Positions 7,920 through 16,883 of a stretch of 19,287 bases of DNA are shown one piece after another. The notes below the pieces were generated by a model. It saw only the letters and a list, made by a program, of their open reading frames with translations, was not told where the DNA came from and did not search any database. Every line of letters starts with the position of its first letter. Position 1 is the first letter of the stretch. Location of the stretch: UHGV virus genome UHGV-0298370; one strand, 5' to 3'. Both the position numbers and the translations under genes were made by a program. The DNA is from a virus.

Positions 7920-8115
7920 AGTCCTCCCGCGAGATCTGCCCGTCGCGCAGAAGCTGGTAGGCTTTGTGTTTGTAGTACCAGTTGATAGCCAGCATCAGCA
8001 CACCAATCATCAGGCCGCCCAGCGTTGAGGCATCCTTGATGGACAAATCGCCCAGCCAGGCCAGCACGACGGCGATGCAATACGTGATAAAGGCGCTGAT
8101 TCGCTCAAGCGTCAT
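7900..8115 (-). CDS. Y: holin gpY (short, two predicted TMDs; possibly pinholin-like)
   Basis: 71 aa, two hydrophobic segments (ISAFITYCIAVVLAWLG and LGGLMIGVLMLAINWYY) and charged C-terminus; located between X and K as P2 Y. Confidence 0.7.
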   Translation of the reverse strand: MTLERISAFITYCIAVVLAWLGDLSIKDASTLGGLMIGVLMLAINWYYKHKAYQLLRDGQISREDYESINR

Positions 8116-8118
8116 AAT

Positions 8119-8322
8119 TCAGTCCCATAGCTGGACGGTCTGCACGGTGGTGGTGGTCGGTATGTCCGGCAGCTCCACCTGCAGCCCGTGAGGTAAAAAG
8201 GGGCCGTATTCGGCAAGCCCCGGATTTGCCTTCAGTACCTGCTCCGTGACACCCTGCGTGCGCCCGTAATGACGCCAGCAAAGCGCGTCCACCGTGTCAT
8301 ACTGATACGCACGCACTTTCAT
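8119..8322 (-). CDS. X: tail protein gpX
   Basis: 67 aa, same length as P2 gpX; ...YGRTQGVTEQVLKANPGLAEYGPFLPHGLQVELPDI... resembles P2 X. Confidence 0.85.
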   Translation of the reverse strand: MKVRAYQYDTVDALCWRHYGRTQGVTEQVLKANPGLAEYGPFLPHGLQVELPDIPTTTTVQTVQLWD

Positions 8323-8786
8323 CAGATAAGCTCCACTGTGCAGTGCGGCGCATCCTGCACCCGGCTGATGGCCCAGCGGGCGTCACGCCACAAATCACCG
8401 CTGGCTTCCGCCAGTTCTTCGCCTCGCTTCACACCGGATGCCGTGGCGTCATAGTCCTGGTATCGTTCGTTGAGCATGGCGCGTGCCCAGCAGTAAACCG
8501 CGTTGAAATAGTGCTGAATGCGCTCACTTTTCCCGTCCAGCTGTTCCGCCGGAACCTCTGCCAGCGAGGCATACCCCAGCATCTGCTGGCGTCTGCGAAA
8601 CTCATACAGCTCTGCGTTGACCTCCGAAATTGCCGACAGGGCAACCTGCTTTAAACGCGGCTGCGTCACCGTGCCGTCAGTGCGCATGACACTGCGAAAC
8701 TCCGACAGGTCCACATCAGGCCAGAACGGCGTATTTCTGATGATTTCCGCCTGTTCCGGTGCCTGTTCTGGCGCAACAAACTTCAT
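8322..8786 (-). CDS. L: head completion/stabilisation protein gpL
   Basis: Start set at ATG (MKFVAPEQ...) with AGGAG SD ~9 nt upstream; an upstream GTG at 8849 is possible. ...IRNTPFWPDVDLSEF... and ...LWRDARWAISRVQDAPHCTV... resemble P2 gpL. Confidence 0.85.
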   Translation of the reverse strand: MKFVAPEQAPEQAEIIRNTPFWPDVDLSEFRSVMRTDGTVTQPRLKQVALSAISEVNAELYEFRRRQQMLGYASLAEVPAEQLDGKSERIQHYFNAVYCWARAMLNERYQDYDATASGVKRGEELAEASGDLWRDARWAISRVQDAPHCTVELI

Positions 8787-8881
8787 GCTGCTTTCTCCTG
8801 AAATAGAGGGCGGTGGACGGGGTTTTGATGAGGCTGTGCCTTTCGCCACCCCGTGCCGCCCGTGCGCGGGGGCACGTTCTG

Positions 8882-9532
8882 TCAGCGGCTGTCATTGCGC
8901 AGTCTGCGCTCCAGCTGCTGTTTGTCTTTTTTCACGCCACAGCGGGGATCGAGCTGTAACGCATGGTTGAGATGATTAAGGGCGGACGCCGGATTGCTTT
9001 CACTCAGGACAGCGCCAATCGCTTTATGCAGACGCGCCCGTGACTGGTCCGGCATATCCAGACCGTCTGTCAGCTCCAGCGTCTGCAGCAACAGATCGGC
9101 ATCAAAGCCGGTGGCGGCAAGCATTGCGCTCTGCGCGGCGTCTGCCATTTCCTCTGCCAGCACGGTCTGCACGTTGCGGTTACCCAGCGGCATCACCCAG
9201 CCATGACGCAGGGCATGACGCCCGATCTCCAGCGCTCCGGCATAATCTCCGGCATCAATGCGCCACAGCATCACGTACATCAGCACGTCATCCTGTTGAG
9301 CGCCTCCGGCAGCCAGGACACCCTCTGCCCAGGCGGCGTACTTCGGCAGCAGCTCCACCTTGATTTCCGCTTTTTTGACCGTGGACTGAACGCCCTTGAG
9401 ACGGCGGCGGTCTTCCGCCAGTTGCAGCAGCATCAGGTCATAGCCCGATGCGTGGCGAACACTGCCGCCCTCGCGGGCGGCCTGTTCAGCCTGAACGCGC
9501 AGGCGATGCTGCCGTGCGGGACTCAGGCTCAT
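8882..9532 (-). CDS. M: terminase endonuclease (small) subunit gpM
   Basis: 216 aa; MSLSPARQHRLRV...LLPKYAAWAEGVLAAGGAQQDDVLMYVMLWRIDAGDYAGALEIGRHAL... closely parallels P2 gpM. Confidence 0.9.
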   Translation of the reverse strand: MSLSPARQHRLRVQAEQAAREGGSVRHASGYDLMLLQLAEDRRRLKGVQSTVKKAEIKVELLPKYAAWAEGVLAAGGAQQDDVLMYVMLWRIDAGDYAGALEIGRHALRHGWVMPLGNRNVQTVLAEEMADAAQSAMLAATGFDADLLLQTLELTDGLDMPDQSRARLHKAIGAVLSESNPASALNHLNHALQLDPRCGVKKDKQQLERRLRNDSR

Positions 9533-9535
9533 GGA

Positions 9536-10594
9536 TTACGCTCCGGTTTCTGCTGCAGCGGCGCTGAAATCGCCAATCTGGATGTTTTCCACCAGTGCGG
9601 CGCAGCGGTAGTCCTCAACCACATAGGCTTCGTTAACGGATTCAAAATTTTCAATCCGGTCACGTTTCGGGTTGTCGATAACTGAACGGCGGCGGGTATC
9701 TTCCTGCCAGTAGATGGACAGGTTATCCAGACGGGTGATCAGCAGCGCATTCGGCGGGAAGAACGGCGCACGCACCGCCTGCAGGCCACCCATGCGTTTC
9801 TGACTGATGATCATATCGGCAGCCAGTTTTTCACTGTTTTCCTGCTCTTTGTTGACCAGTGGGAAATACTTGTCAGACAACAGTTCACGACCGCAAATCA
9901 CCACCAGATCGTCATCGTCCTGGTAGACCACGTCGATAAGCTCATTGACGGCATCCATCACCACGGCGTCCAGGTTGGCATATTCGCCACCTTTCCCGAC
10001 TTTCACCGCACCCGGTGTGGTTTCACCGCCCGTGGTGGTGCTGCCCATGACGTGATCCGGTGCATCTTCACGGATTTTCTGCAGCCAGCCTTTATTCACA
10101 TCCTGCAGCAGCGGGTTTTCGCTACGGTTTGAGGTTTTCGCACGCTTCACGCCGTTAAAGCCGATCATGATGCGGTCCAGTGCCTGACGTTTCACGATCG
10201 CGTCACGAATACGCACCTGGAAATCCTGAAACTTCGCCCACAGGTCCAGCTTCGCGTAGGTCAGCACCGTGTCAAAGTTGGTCTGCTCGCATTTGTATTC
10301 CACATCGACCATCAGCGTCGGATCGACAGGCTCACGCTCTTTTGCGGTGGTATCAGTGGTTCCGGCAATGGTGCTGCCAACACCCAGCCCCAGCAGCTGA
10401 CCAGACTGCTCGGTCACTGGCGTGACGTTAATCAGCGTCAGGAAAGCGGCGGATTGCTGGATCTGGTCTTCCAGCGTCTGCTGCACAGACGGCTCCACGG
10501 TGAACTTGCTGGACAGTTCTTCAACTGCCACACCGTTCAGACGCGCCAGCTGCTGCAGGTAAGCGTTAAAAGCAAAGCGGGTATTCTTCTTCAT
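9536..10594 (-). CDS. N: major capsid protein gpN
   Basis: 352 aa; MKKNTRFAFNAYLQQLARLNGV...KFTVEPSVQQTL...GFNGVKRAKTSNRSENPLLQDV...VISQKRMGGLQAV... near-collinear with P2 gpN. Confidence 0.95.
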   Translation of the reverse strand: MKKNTRFAFNAYLQQLARLNGVAVEELSSKFTVEPSVQQTLEDQIQQSAAFLTLINVTPVTEQSGQLLGLGVGSTIAGTTDTTAKEREPVDPTLMVDVEYKCEQTNFDTVLTYAKLDLWAKFQDFQVRIRDAIVKRQALDRIMIGFNGVKRAKTSNRSENPLLQDVNKGWLQKIREDAPDHVMGSTTTGGETTPGAVKVGKGGEYANLDAVVMDAVNELIDVVYQDDDDLVVICGRELLSDKYFPLVNKEQENSEKLAADMIISQKRMGGLQAVRAPFFPPNALLITRLDNLSIYWQEDTRRRSVIDNPKRDRIENFESVNEAYVVEDYRCAALVENIQIGDFSAAAAETGA

Positions 10595-10610
10595 CAGGTT
10601 TTGTGCTCCA

Positions 10611-11444
10611 TCAGCAATTGGTCAGAGTGTCAGCGGGGGCGTTACCGCCTGTTGCACGCTGGCGGTAGTCCTGGCGGCTGTCTTCATGACTCAGCTTATT
10701 CACCAGTTCGTTAAAGGCGGTCTGCTGTGCCTGCAGGGCAGTCTCCAGCTCAGACAGACGTTCTTCCTGCTCAGACAGGGATTTTTCGGTGCGTGCGCTC
10801 AGGTTCTGCTGCTCAGTGGCGACCAGCTCCACGGCCTTATGCACATCAGAGAACCGGGCGTCATCGGACTGCTCTTTTTTGGTGAACAGCGCCGTGACAC
10901 GGGCAAACAGGGACGGTTTGTCATCCTGGATTTCTTCCAGTTCGATCACCGTTTCCTCTGCAGCGGTAAAGAGATTGGCAGGATTCTGCTTGCGGTTTGC
11001 CAGCGGGTTATGGGCTGCACTGGCGCTGAATGTCAGCATTTCAGTGCCCAGACTGGCAGGGTCATCAGTGGCAGCCAGGCCGACCAGGTAGGCTTTGCCC
11101 GTATCAGCGAACTTCGGGCTGACTTCCATAGAGGTGAATAATTTCTGGCCTTTTTTCACCAGTTCCACCAGGGACTCCGTTGGCTCAACGTCGGCATACA
11201 GCGCCATCTTGCCTGCCAGCGGACCTTCCGTGATTTCTTCAGCAAACAGCGCCGTCACCTTGCCGTAGCGGTTAAAGGTGCTGTCCGGCAGATAAGACTT
11301 GATGTGCTCAAGGTTAATCAGCGCGGTATACACCGCCGGGTTGTAGCTGGCTGCCATCTGTTCCAGCCATTCACGCTGGATTTCGCGTCCGTCGGTGGTG
11401 GCACCTTCCACCCCGATGCGAAAACGCTTTGCTTTCACTGTCAT
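10611..11444 (-). CDS. O: capsid scaffolding protein gpO
   Basis: 277 aa; N-terminal protease-like region MTVKAKRFRIGVEGATTDGREI...YNPAVYTALINLEH and coiled-coil C-terminus, as P2 gpO; first gene of the leftward late operon. Confidence 0.9.
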   Translation of the reverse strand: MTVKAKRFRIGVEGATTDGREIQREWLEQMAASYNPAVYTALINLEHIKSYLPDSTFNRYGKVTALFAEEITEGPLAGKMALYADVEPTESLVELVKKGQKLFTSMEVSPKFADTGKAYLVGLAATDDPASLGTEMLTFSASAAHNPLANRKQNPANLFTAAEETVIELEEIQDDKPSLFARVTALFTKKEQSDDARFSDVHKAVELVATEQQNLSARTEKSLSEQEERLSELETALQAQQTAFNELVNKLSHEDSRQDYRQRATGGNAPADTLTNC

Positions 11445-11522
11445 GAGCCGTGCTCCGTTAGAAAAAACTTACTGGAGCCTTATGGTTGCGGTGATGGGGC
11501 CAGTGAAACAATGCGCGGTATT

Positions 11523-11540
11523 TGTACCGACAACCACACA
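11523..11540. promoter_or_regulatory. Ogr/Delta-type late promoter box (TGT-N12-ACA) in divergent O/P intergenic region
   Basis: TGTACCGACAACCACACA in the 142-bp gap between the divergent O and P starts; single perfect match found by eye. Confidence 0.5.
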
Positions 11541-11586
11541 AACCGCAGGCGGGGAAAGCCTTCATTCAAGGCTGTAGGTTTGTGCC

Positions 11587-13353
11587 ATGAACACCACACT
11601 GACACCCGCAGATCTCGATCCCCGTCGGCAGGCCATGCTGCTGTACTTTCAGGGATACCGCGTAGCCCGCATTGCTGAAATGCTGGGCGAGAAAGTTGCA
11701 ACCGTTCACAGCTGGAAAAAACGCGACAAGTGGGGTGACTATGGGCCGCTGGATCAGATGCAGCTCACCACCGCCGCACGCTACTGCCAGCTCATTATGA
11801 AGGAGCACAAAGAAGGGAAAGATTTCAAAGAAATTGACCTGCTGGCGCGCCAGTCGGAGCGCCACGCGCGGATCGGCAAGTTTAACAATGGCGGTAACGA
11901 AGCCGACTTAAACCCTAACGTCGCCAACCGCAACAAAGGCCCGCGCCGTCAGCCGGAAAAGAATGTTTTCACCGATGAACAGATTGAGAAGCTGGAAGAA
12001 ATTTTCCATTCCTCCATGTTCAACTACCAGCGCCACTGGTGGGAAGCCGGAAAAACCAACCGCATCCGCAACCTGCTGAAGTCACGCCAGATCGGCGCGA
12101 CCTTTTACTTTGCCCGTGAAGCCCTGATTGACGCCCTGCTTACCGGACGTAACCAGATTTTCCTTTCTGCCAGTAAGGCACAGGCTCACGTCTTTAAGCA
12201 GTACATCATAGACTTCGCCAAAGAAGTCGAGGTGGAGCTGAAAGGCGATCCGATGGTGCTTCCTAACGGAGCCACGCTTTACTTCCTCGGCACCAATGCC
12301 CGCACGGCCCAGAGTTATCACGGCAACCTGTATCTGGATGAATATTTCTGGATACCGAAATTCCAGGAGCTGCGCAAAGTGGCTTCCGGTATGGCTATTC
12401 ACAAAAAATGGCGACAAACCTATTTTTCCACGCCATCCAGCCTGACACACAGTGCTTATCCGTTCTGGTCCGGTGCGCTGTTCAACCGTGGGCGCAACAA
12501 GGCCGACAAGGTGGACATCGACCTGTCCCACAGCAATCTGGCCCCCGGCCTGCTGTGCGCAGACGGGCAATACCGCCAGATAGTCACCGTGGAAGATGCG
12601 GTGCGCGGCGGCTGTAACCTGTTCGACCTTGACCAGTTGCGCATGGAGTACAGCCCGGACGAATACCAGAACCTGCTGATGTGCGAGTTTGTGGACGATC
12701 TCGCGTCCGTGTTCCCGCTCAGCGAGCTGCAGGCGTGCATGGTGGACAGCTGGGAAGTCTGGACCGACTTTCATGCACTGGCTCTGCGCCCGTTTGGCTG
12801 GCGCGAAGTGTGGATCGGTTATGACCCGGCAAAAGGTACGCAAAACGGCGACAGCGCCGGATGCGTAGTGGTGGCACCGCCAGCCGTGCCTGGTGGTAAG
12901 TTCCGCATTCTTGAGCGTCACCAGTGGCGTGGGATGGACTTCCGCGCCCAGGCTGACGCCATCAAAAAACTGACCGAGCAGTACAACGTGACCTACATCG
13001 GCATCGACTCGACAGGTGTCGGCCACGGGGTTTACGAGAACGTGAAAGCGTTTTTTCCAGCCGTCCGGGAGTTTGTCTATAACCCCAATGTTAAAAACGC
13101 CCTGGTACTCAAGGCCTACGACATTATCAGCCACCGCCGTCTGGAGTTTGACGCCGGACACACCGACATAGCGCAGTCATTCATGGCAATCCGTCGCGCC
13201 ACCACCGCGAGCGGCAACCGCCCAACCTATGAAGCCAGCCGCAGCGAAGAAGCCAGCCACGCCGATCTGGCCTGGGCAACGATGCACGCACTGTTTAACG
13301 AACCGCTGCAGGGCGAATCCGCCAATACCAGCAATATTGTGGAGATTTTTTGA
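11587..13353 (+). CDS. P: terminase ATPase (large) subunit gpP
   Basis: 588 aa; N-terminus MNTTLTPADLDPRRQAMLLYFQGYRVARIAEMLGE... and body match P2 gpP; divergent from O as in P2. Confidence 0.95.
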   Translation: MNTTLTPADLDPRRQAMLLYFQGYRVARIAEMLGEKVATVHSWKKRDKWGDYGPLDQMQLTTAARYCQLIMKEHKEGKDFKEIDLLARQSERHARIGKFNNGGNEADLNPNVANRNKGPRRQPEKNVFTDEQIEKLEEIFHSSMFNYQRHWWEAGKTNRIRNLLKSRQIGATFYFAREALIDALLTGRNQIFLSASKAQAHVFKQYIIDFAKEVEVELKGDPMVLPNGATLYFLGTNARTAQSYHGNLYLDEYFWIPKFQELRKVASGMAIHKKWRQTYFSTPSSLTHSAYPFWSGALFNRGRNKADKVDIDLSHSNLAPGLLCADGQYRQIVTVEDAVRGGCNLFDLDQLRMEYSPDEYQNLLMCEFVDDLASVFPLSELQACMVDSWEVWTDFHALALRPFGWREVWIGYDPAKGTQNGDSAGCVVVAPPAVPGGKFRILERHQWRGMDFRAQADAIKKLTEQYNVTYIGIDSTGVGHGVYENVKAFFPAVREFVYNPNVKNALVLKAYDIISHRRLEFDAGHTDIAQSFMAIRRATTASGNRPTYEASRSEEASHADLAWATMHALFNEPLQGESANTSNIVEIF

Positions 13354-14060
13354 TGCCCCCAATCCCAACTAACCTCATGACTATCGCGGGACTTCCGGTG
13401 GATAGCTTTTTCTTTGCTTACCAGTATGAGTGGAACACTGGCCCAAAGAGTAGAAACCGTGTACTCACAAAAATGCGCCAGGCAGGCGCGGATTTCTTTT
13501 TTTCCTATGAAGCCCTGAACGATGCACTGCATACCGGGCGTAACCAGATTTTCCTCTGCTGCAGCACAGCATCTGCGCAGGCAATCAAAGCCTGTGTATC
13601 AGCATTCTTAAGCCAGGCCGCAGCTTATACGCACACTGGAAAAATAAAATCAGGCAAAAGTCATCTGGAGCTTCCGAATGGTGCAGTAATTTATTTTACC
13701 GACCTCAGCAGTCTCACCTCCGCACTCAGTGGAAATGTTTACGTGTCAGAGTATGCCTGGAGTGAATCACCGAGAAATATGATTGCCATCGCTAAAGGGA
13801 TTTCTATGCACGCACACTACCACGCCACCTACTACACCACTCCCAGCCCTAACCCAGAGGCACGGCAGGAATATAAAAAGCTATGCAGAAACAACAGCGT
13901 AACCAGCATGGTGTTCACCGCAGATGACGCAGCAGCATCTGGAGCAATGTTGTTTACTGATAACTGGCTGAACGATATGAAAAAAGAATTATCAGAAGAG
14001 GACTGGAAAATGCTGTTTATGTGCGAATGGCCTCTCGCTAGCAAGGAACTGGCAGAATGA
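13353..14060 (+). CDS. terminase-ATPase-like paralog (truncated, diverged copy of gpP central region)
   Basis: ATG at 13353 overlaps the P stop (TGATG) and its stop overlaps the Q start (ATGA). Protein aligns by eye to gpP residues ~140-400 (FAYQYEWNTGPKSRNR / FNYQRHWWEAGKTNRIR; EALNDALHTGRNQIFL / EALIDALLTGRNQIFL; GNVYVSEYAW / GNLYLDEYFW). A 24-nt stretch at 13532-13555 is 23/24 identical to 12141-12164 in P. Confidence 0.6.
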   Translation: MPPIPTNLMTIAGLPVDSFFFAYQYEWNTGPKSRNRVLTKMRQAGADFFFSYEALNDALHTGRNQIFLCCSTASAQAIKACVSAFLSQAAAYTHTGKIKSGKSHLELPNGAVIYFTDLSSLTSALSGNVYVSEYAWSESPRNMIAIAKGISMHAHYHATYYTTPSPNPEARQEYKKLCRNNSVTSMVFTADDAAASGAMLFTDNWLNDMKKELSEEDWKMLFMCEWPLASKELAE

Positions 14061-15085
14061 GCAAACGTAAAAACACCAAGCAGGTAACAGTTGATCACGA
14101 CACAAAACCAAGCAACGGCCCAACGGCTGAGGCTTTCAGCTTTGGTGATCCCATCCCCGTGCTGGACCGCCGCGAACTGCTGGACTATGTGGAATGCGTA
14201 CAGATGGATCGCTGGTATGAGCCGCCCGTCAGCTTTAATGGACTGGCGCGCACCTTCCGCGCCGCCGTGCATCACAGTTCCCCGATTGCAGTAAAGTGCA
14301 ACATTCTGACCAGTACCTATATCCCTCATCCGCTGCTTAGCCAGCAGGCTTTTTCGCGTTTTGTGCAGGACTATCTGGTATTTGGTAACGCCTACCTGGA
14401 GAAACGCACGAACCGCTTTGGTGAAGTTATCGCCCTTGAGCCAGCTTTGGCAAAATACACCCGACGCGGATTAGACCTGGATACCTACTGGTTTGTGCAA
14501 TACGGTATGACAGCCCAGCCGTATCAGTTCACGAAAGGCAGCATTTTTCATCTGATGGAACCGGACATCAACCAGGAGATCTACGGCCTGCCAGGTTATC
14601 TTTCTGCCATCCCGTCAGCCCTGCTCAACGAGTCCGCCACACTGTTCCGCCGTAAGTATTACATCAACGGCAGCCATGCAGGTTTCATCATGTACATGAC
14701 CGATGCCGCGCAGAACCAAGAAGATGTGAACAACCTCCGCAACGCAATGAAAAGCGCCAAAGGGCCAGGCAACTTCCGCAACCTGTTTATGTACTCTCCT
14801 AACGGCAAAAAGGACGGGCTTCAGATTATCCCGTTGTCAGAAGTCGCGGCGAAGGATGAGTTTCTGAATATCAAGAACGTGAGTCGGGACGACATGATGG
14901 CGGCACACCGTGTGCCGCCGCAAATGATGGGGATAATGCCTAATAATGTTGGGGGCTTTGGAGATGTAGAGAAGGCGAGTAAAGTATTTGTACGTAATGA
15001 ATTATTGCCATTGCAAAAAAGATTACAAGAAATAAACAATTTCATAGAAGAAGGTGTTATTGAATTCCAAGAATACCATTTCTAA
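14057..15085 (+). CDS. Q: portal protein gpQ
   Basis: 342 aa; ...EAFSFGDPIPVLDRRELLDYVECVQMDRWYEPPVSFNGLARTFRAAVHHSSPI...NESATLFRRKYYINGSHAGFIMY...NGKKDGLQIIPLSEVAAKDEF... matches P2 gpQ. Confidence 0.95.
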   Translation: MSKRKNTKQVTVDHDTKPSNGPTAEAFSFGDPIPVLDRRELLDYVECVQMDRWYEPPVSFNGLARTFRAAVHHSSPIAVKCNILTSTYIPHPLLSQQAFSRFVQDYLVFGNAYLEKRTNRFGEVIALEPALAKYTRRGLDLDTYWFVQYGMTAQPYQFTKGSIFHLMEPDINQEIYGLPGYLSAIPSALLNESATLFRRKYYINGSHAGFIMYMTDAAQNQEDVNNLRNAMKSAKGPGNFRNLFMYSPNGKKDGLQIIPLSEVAAKDEFLNIKNVSRDDMMAAHRVPPQMMGIMPNNVGGFGDVEKASKVFVRNELLPLQKRLQEINNFIEEGVIEFQEYHF

Positions 15086-15087
15086 TT

Positions 15088-15118
15088 AAAAAAAAGGGAG
15101 GCAACCTCCCTTTTTTTT
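15088..15118. terminator. bidirectional rho-independent terminator between convergent Q and cargo gene
   Basis: A8-GGGAGG-CAA-CCTCCC-T8: 6-bp GC stem, 3-nt loop, flanked by A-run and T-run so it reads as a terminator on both strands; overlaps the TAA of the minus-strand cargo gene. Confidence 0.75.
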
Positions 15119-16883
15119 AAACATTATCGTATAACTCTTGTATTTTCGTTGGATTTGCAAAAAATCTTGCCGGATAGGCATTCGGGTAATTATCTTCAAT
15201 GTACTCTTCAGCACGTTGAATTAATGCACTTAATTCTTCGGAAAGATTTTTTTCATCTGGAACAAGAATTTCTGAGCTATTATGTATCCCAGAAACGTTG
15301 CTCAATAGTACAGACGCATAGTATCTATTACCATGCGTAATAATTAAATGCTTGCGACTATGGGTCGTTTTATCTACTGATAGTAATGTTTTACCGATCA
15401 ACTTATCTATAACTCTAAAATGTAGAACAGTATTGATAAGTTTTAAACCACTTAATCTTGGATTGAAAATAGTTTTATATAGAGAGCCTTCAAAATTTTC
15501 AAAAAACCTACCGCGATTTGATTTTAGTGTCGATACAACCGTATTATTTTTACTTAAACATGCGAGTGCATTGAGCGCCTCATCCAAGTCAATGACTTTC
15601 GTATTTGTCTGTGAATGATCTTCATCTGTTCTTAGTAACTGATATTGATATCCTTCAAGCACTAACTCCCTTGCCAATCTATGTTGATCTGCCTGCTGCG
15701 ATGCAAAATCTCTTCCCAATACTCTATTTTGGAAATTGTTAGCTTTTGTAATTGCATTTGCAGTTAAATTATCAGTATCATCATCTATAACAATGAATCT
15801 AGCTGGCACTTTGAGTCTATATATGTTTTCACCAAGCGCATCTTTACATGCGCCAATACTACTGACTGTTTGTGCACCATTAATGACACTTACATCACGA
15901 AAATCAAAAATCCCTCTCTCTATATTAGGAGCTGCGTTTCGTCTATGAGGAACAACTTCCTTAACCAGTACAGTAATCCCATTATTATAAAACCAAAACA
16001 TATCAGGATTATCTATAGCTGTCTTTTTTATTTCCTCATTCACTTCTGTTTTACCAAGCATATTCCTTATGTTTTTTGTAAATAATCGAGCACCATGCTC
16101 TTCCCACCATTCTGCAACTTGATCACCACTAATAGCCCCGTAAAAAGCTTGATATGGTTCATTCAAAAATCCAAAACGCTCAATTTCAACCCTGTTAAGA
16201 TCAATTTGATTTCGAGAGCCATTCTGTAACCAATGCATCATATCTTCAGAGGATATTAAATGAACCTGAAATCCCCAGTTCTCTTTAGGCTCATCCTCAG
16301 GTGTAAAAGCTGCAGCGTTTAATTGATATTGCCATTCCCGCATATCATTTAATATTTCCTCTGCAGCACCTTTTTTACCTGTATGCGCCATCGCAAAGAT
16401 GAACTTGTATTCAAAACTACTTAAAGCCGCACTTATTTCCCCGCTTTTATTTTGCAATATGGAATCAAATAATTCGTATCTTTCACTTTGTAGCTTCTCA
16501 CAAGCATCCTTAAAACACATAAAATCGGCTCTTGTCCAAGTGCCGTTTCCCGATTGGTGAAATTTTGATTGAACAACAACAACGATTTTTTCGTTATGGT
16601 TGATTGCTATTCCATCTATACCACCATCTTCACTACTATCACATACAGACTCCCCTGCATACTTATCATCCACACATCCTAACTGATACATAGTGAATGC
16701 AGCTAAAGCCCTGCTAGCCATTTTTACATCATAGTCTGCTTGGCCTGGTGCACACTCTCTTTTATGGATGAATTCTTCATATCTCTTACGTAATACAGAT
16801 CCTAGCCTCTGAGCCATAACCTGTGCTGTCGCAGGTGCAGCAATAGCATTATCTTCAAGCCGAATATCAGTTACAAAAGCCAC
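15117..16883 (-). CDS. Mrr-type nuclease-domain protein with AIPR-like architecture (candidate abortive-infection/defence protein)
   Basis: Long AT-rich ORF; start uncertain (TTG 16940 without SD, GTG 16883 with GGAGGG SD, ATG 16817). N-terminal motif SEDGGIDGIAINHNEKIVVVVQSKFH resembles the Mrr catalytic PD-(D/E)xK core (D-G-G-I-D ... Q-x-K). Size and layout are reminiscent of AIPR-family proteins; not verified by HMM. Confidence 0.65.
   Translation of the reverse strand: MAFVTDIRLEDNAIAAPATAQVMAQRLGSVLRKRYEEFIHKRECAPGQADYDVKMASRALAAFTMYQLGCVDDKYAGESVCDSSEDGGIDGIAINHNEKIVVVVQSKFHQSGNGTWTRADFMCFKDACEKLQSERYELFDSILQNKSGEISAALSSFEYKFIFAMAHTGKKGAAEEILNDMREWQYQLNAAAFTPEDEPKENWGFQVHLISSEDMMHWLQNGSRNQIDLNRVEIERFGFLNEPYQAFYGAISGDQVAEWWEEHGARLFTKNIRNMLGKTEVNEEIKKTAIDNPDMFWFYNNGITVLVKEVVPHRRNAAPNIERGIFDFRDVSVINGAQTVSSIGACKDALGENIYRLKVPARFIVIDDDTDNLTANAITKANNFQNRVLGRDFASQQADQHRLARELVLEGYQYQLLRTDEDHSQTNTKVIDLDEALNALACLSKNNTVVSTLKSNRGRFFENFEGSLYKTIFNPRLSGLKLINTVLHFRVIDKLIGKTLLSVDKTTHSRKHLIITHGNRYYASVLLSNVSGIHNSSEILVPDEKNLSEELSALIQRAEEYIEDNYPNAYPARFFANPTKIQELYDNV

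Noticed and set aside
8850-8881. GC-rich hairpin (CGTGCCGCCCG-TGCG-CGGGGGCACG) between M and L
   Set aside because: Not followed by a U-run on the coding strand and sits within an operon; may be incidental secondary structure. Not called as a terminator.
11549-11561. GGCGGGGAAAGCC resembling the cos core, between O and P
   Set aside because: cos in P2-like phages lies beyond Q, not between O and P. A better, longer and correctly oriented match exists at 16986-17004, so this is more likely chance or part of the late promoter region.
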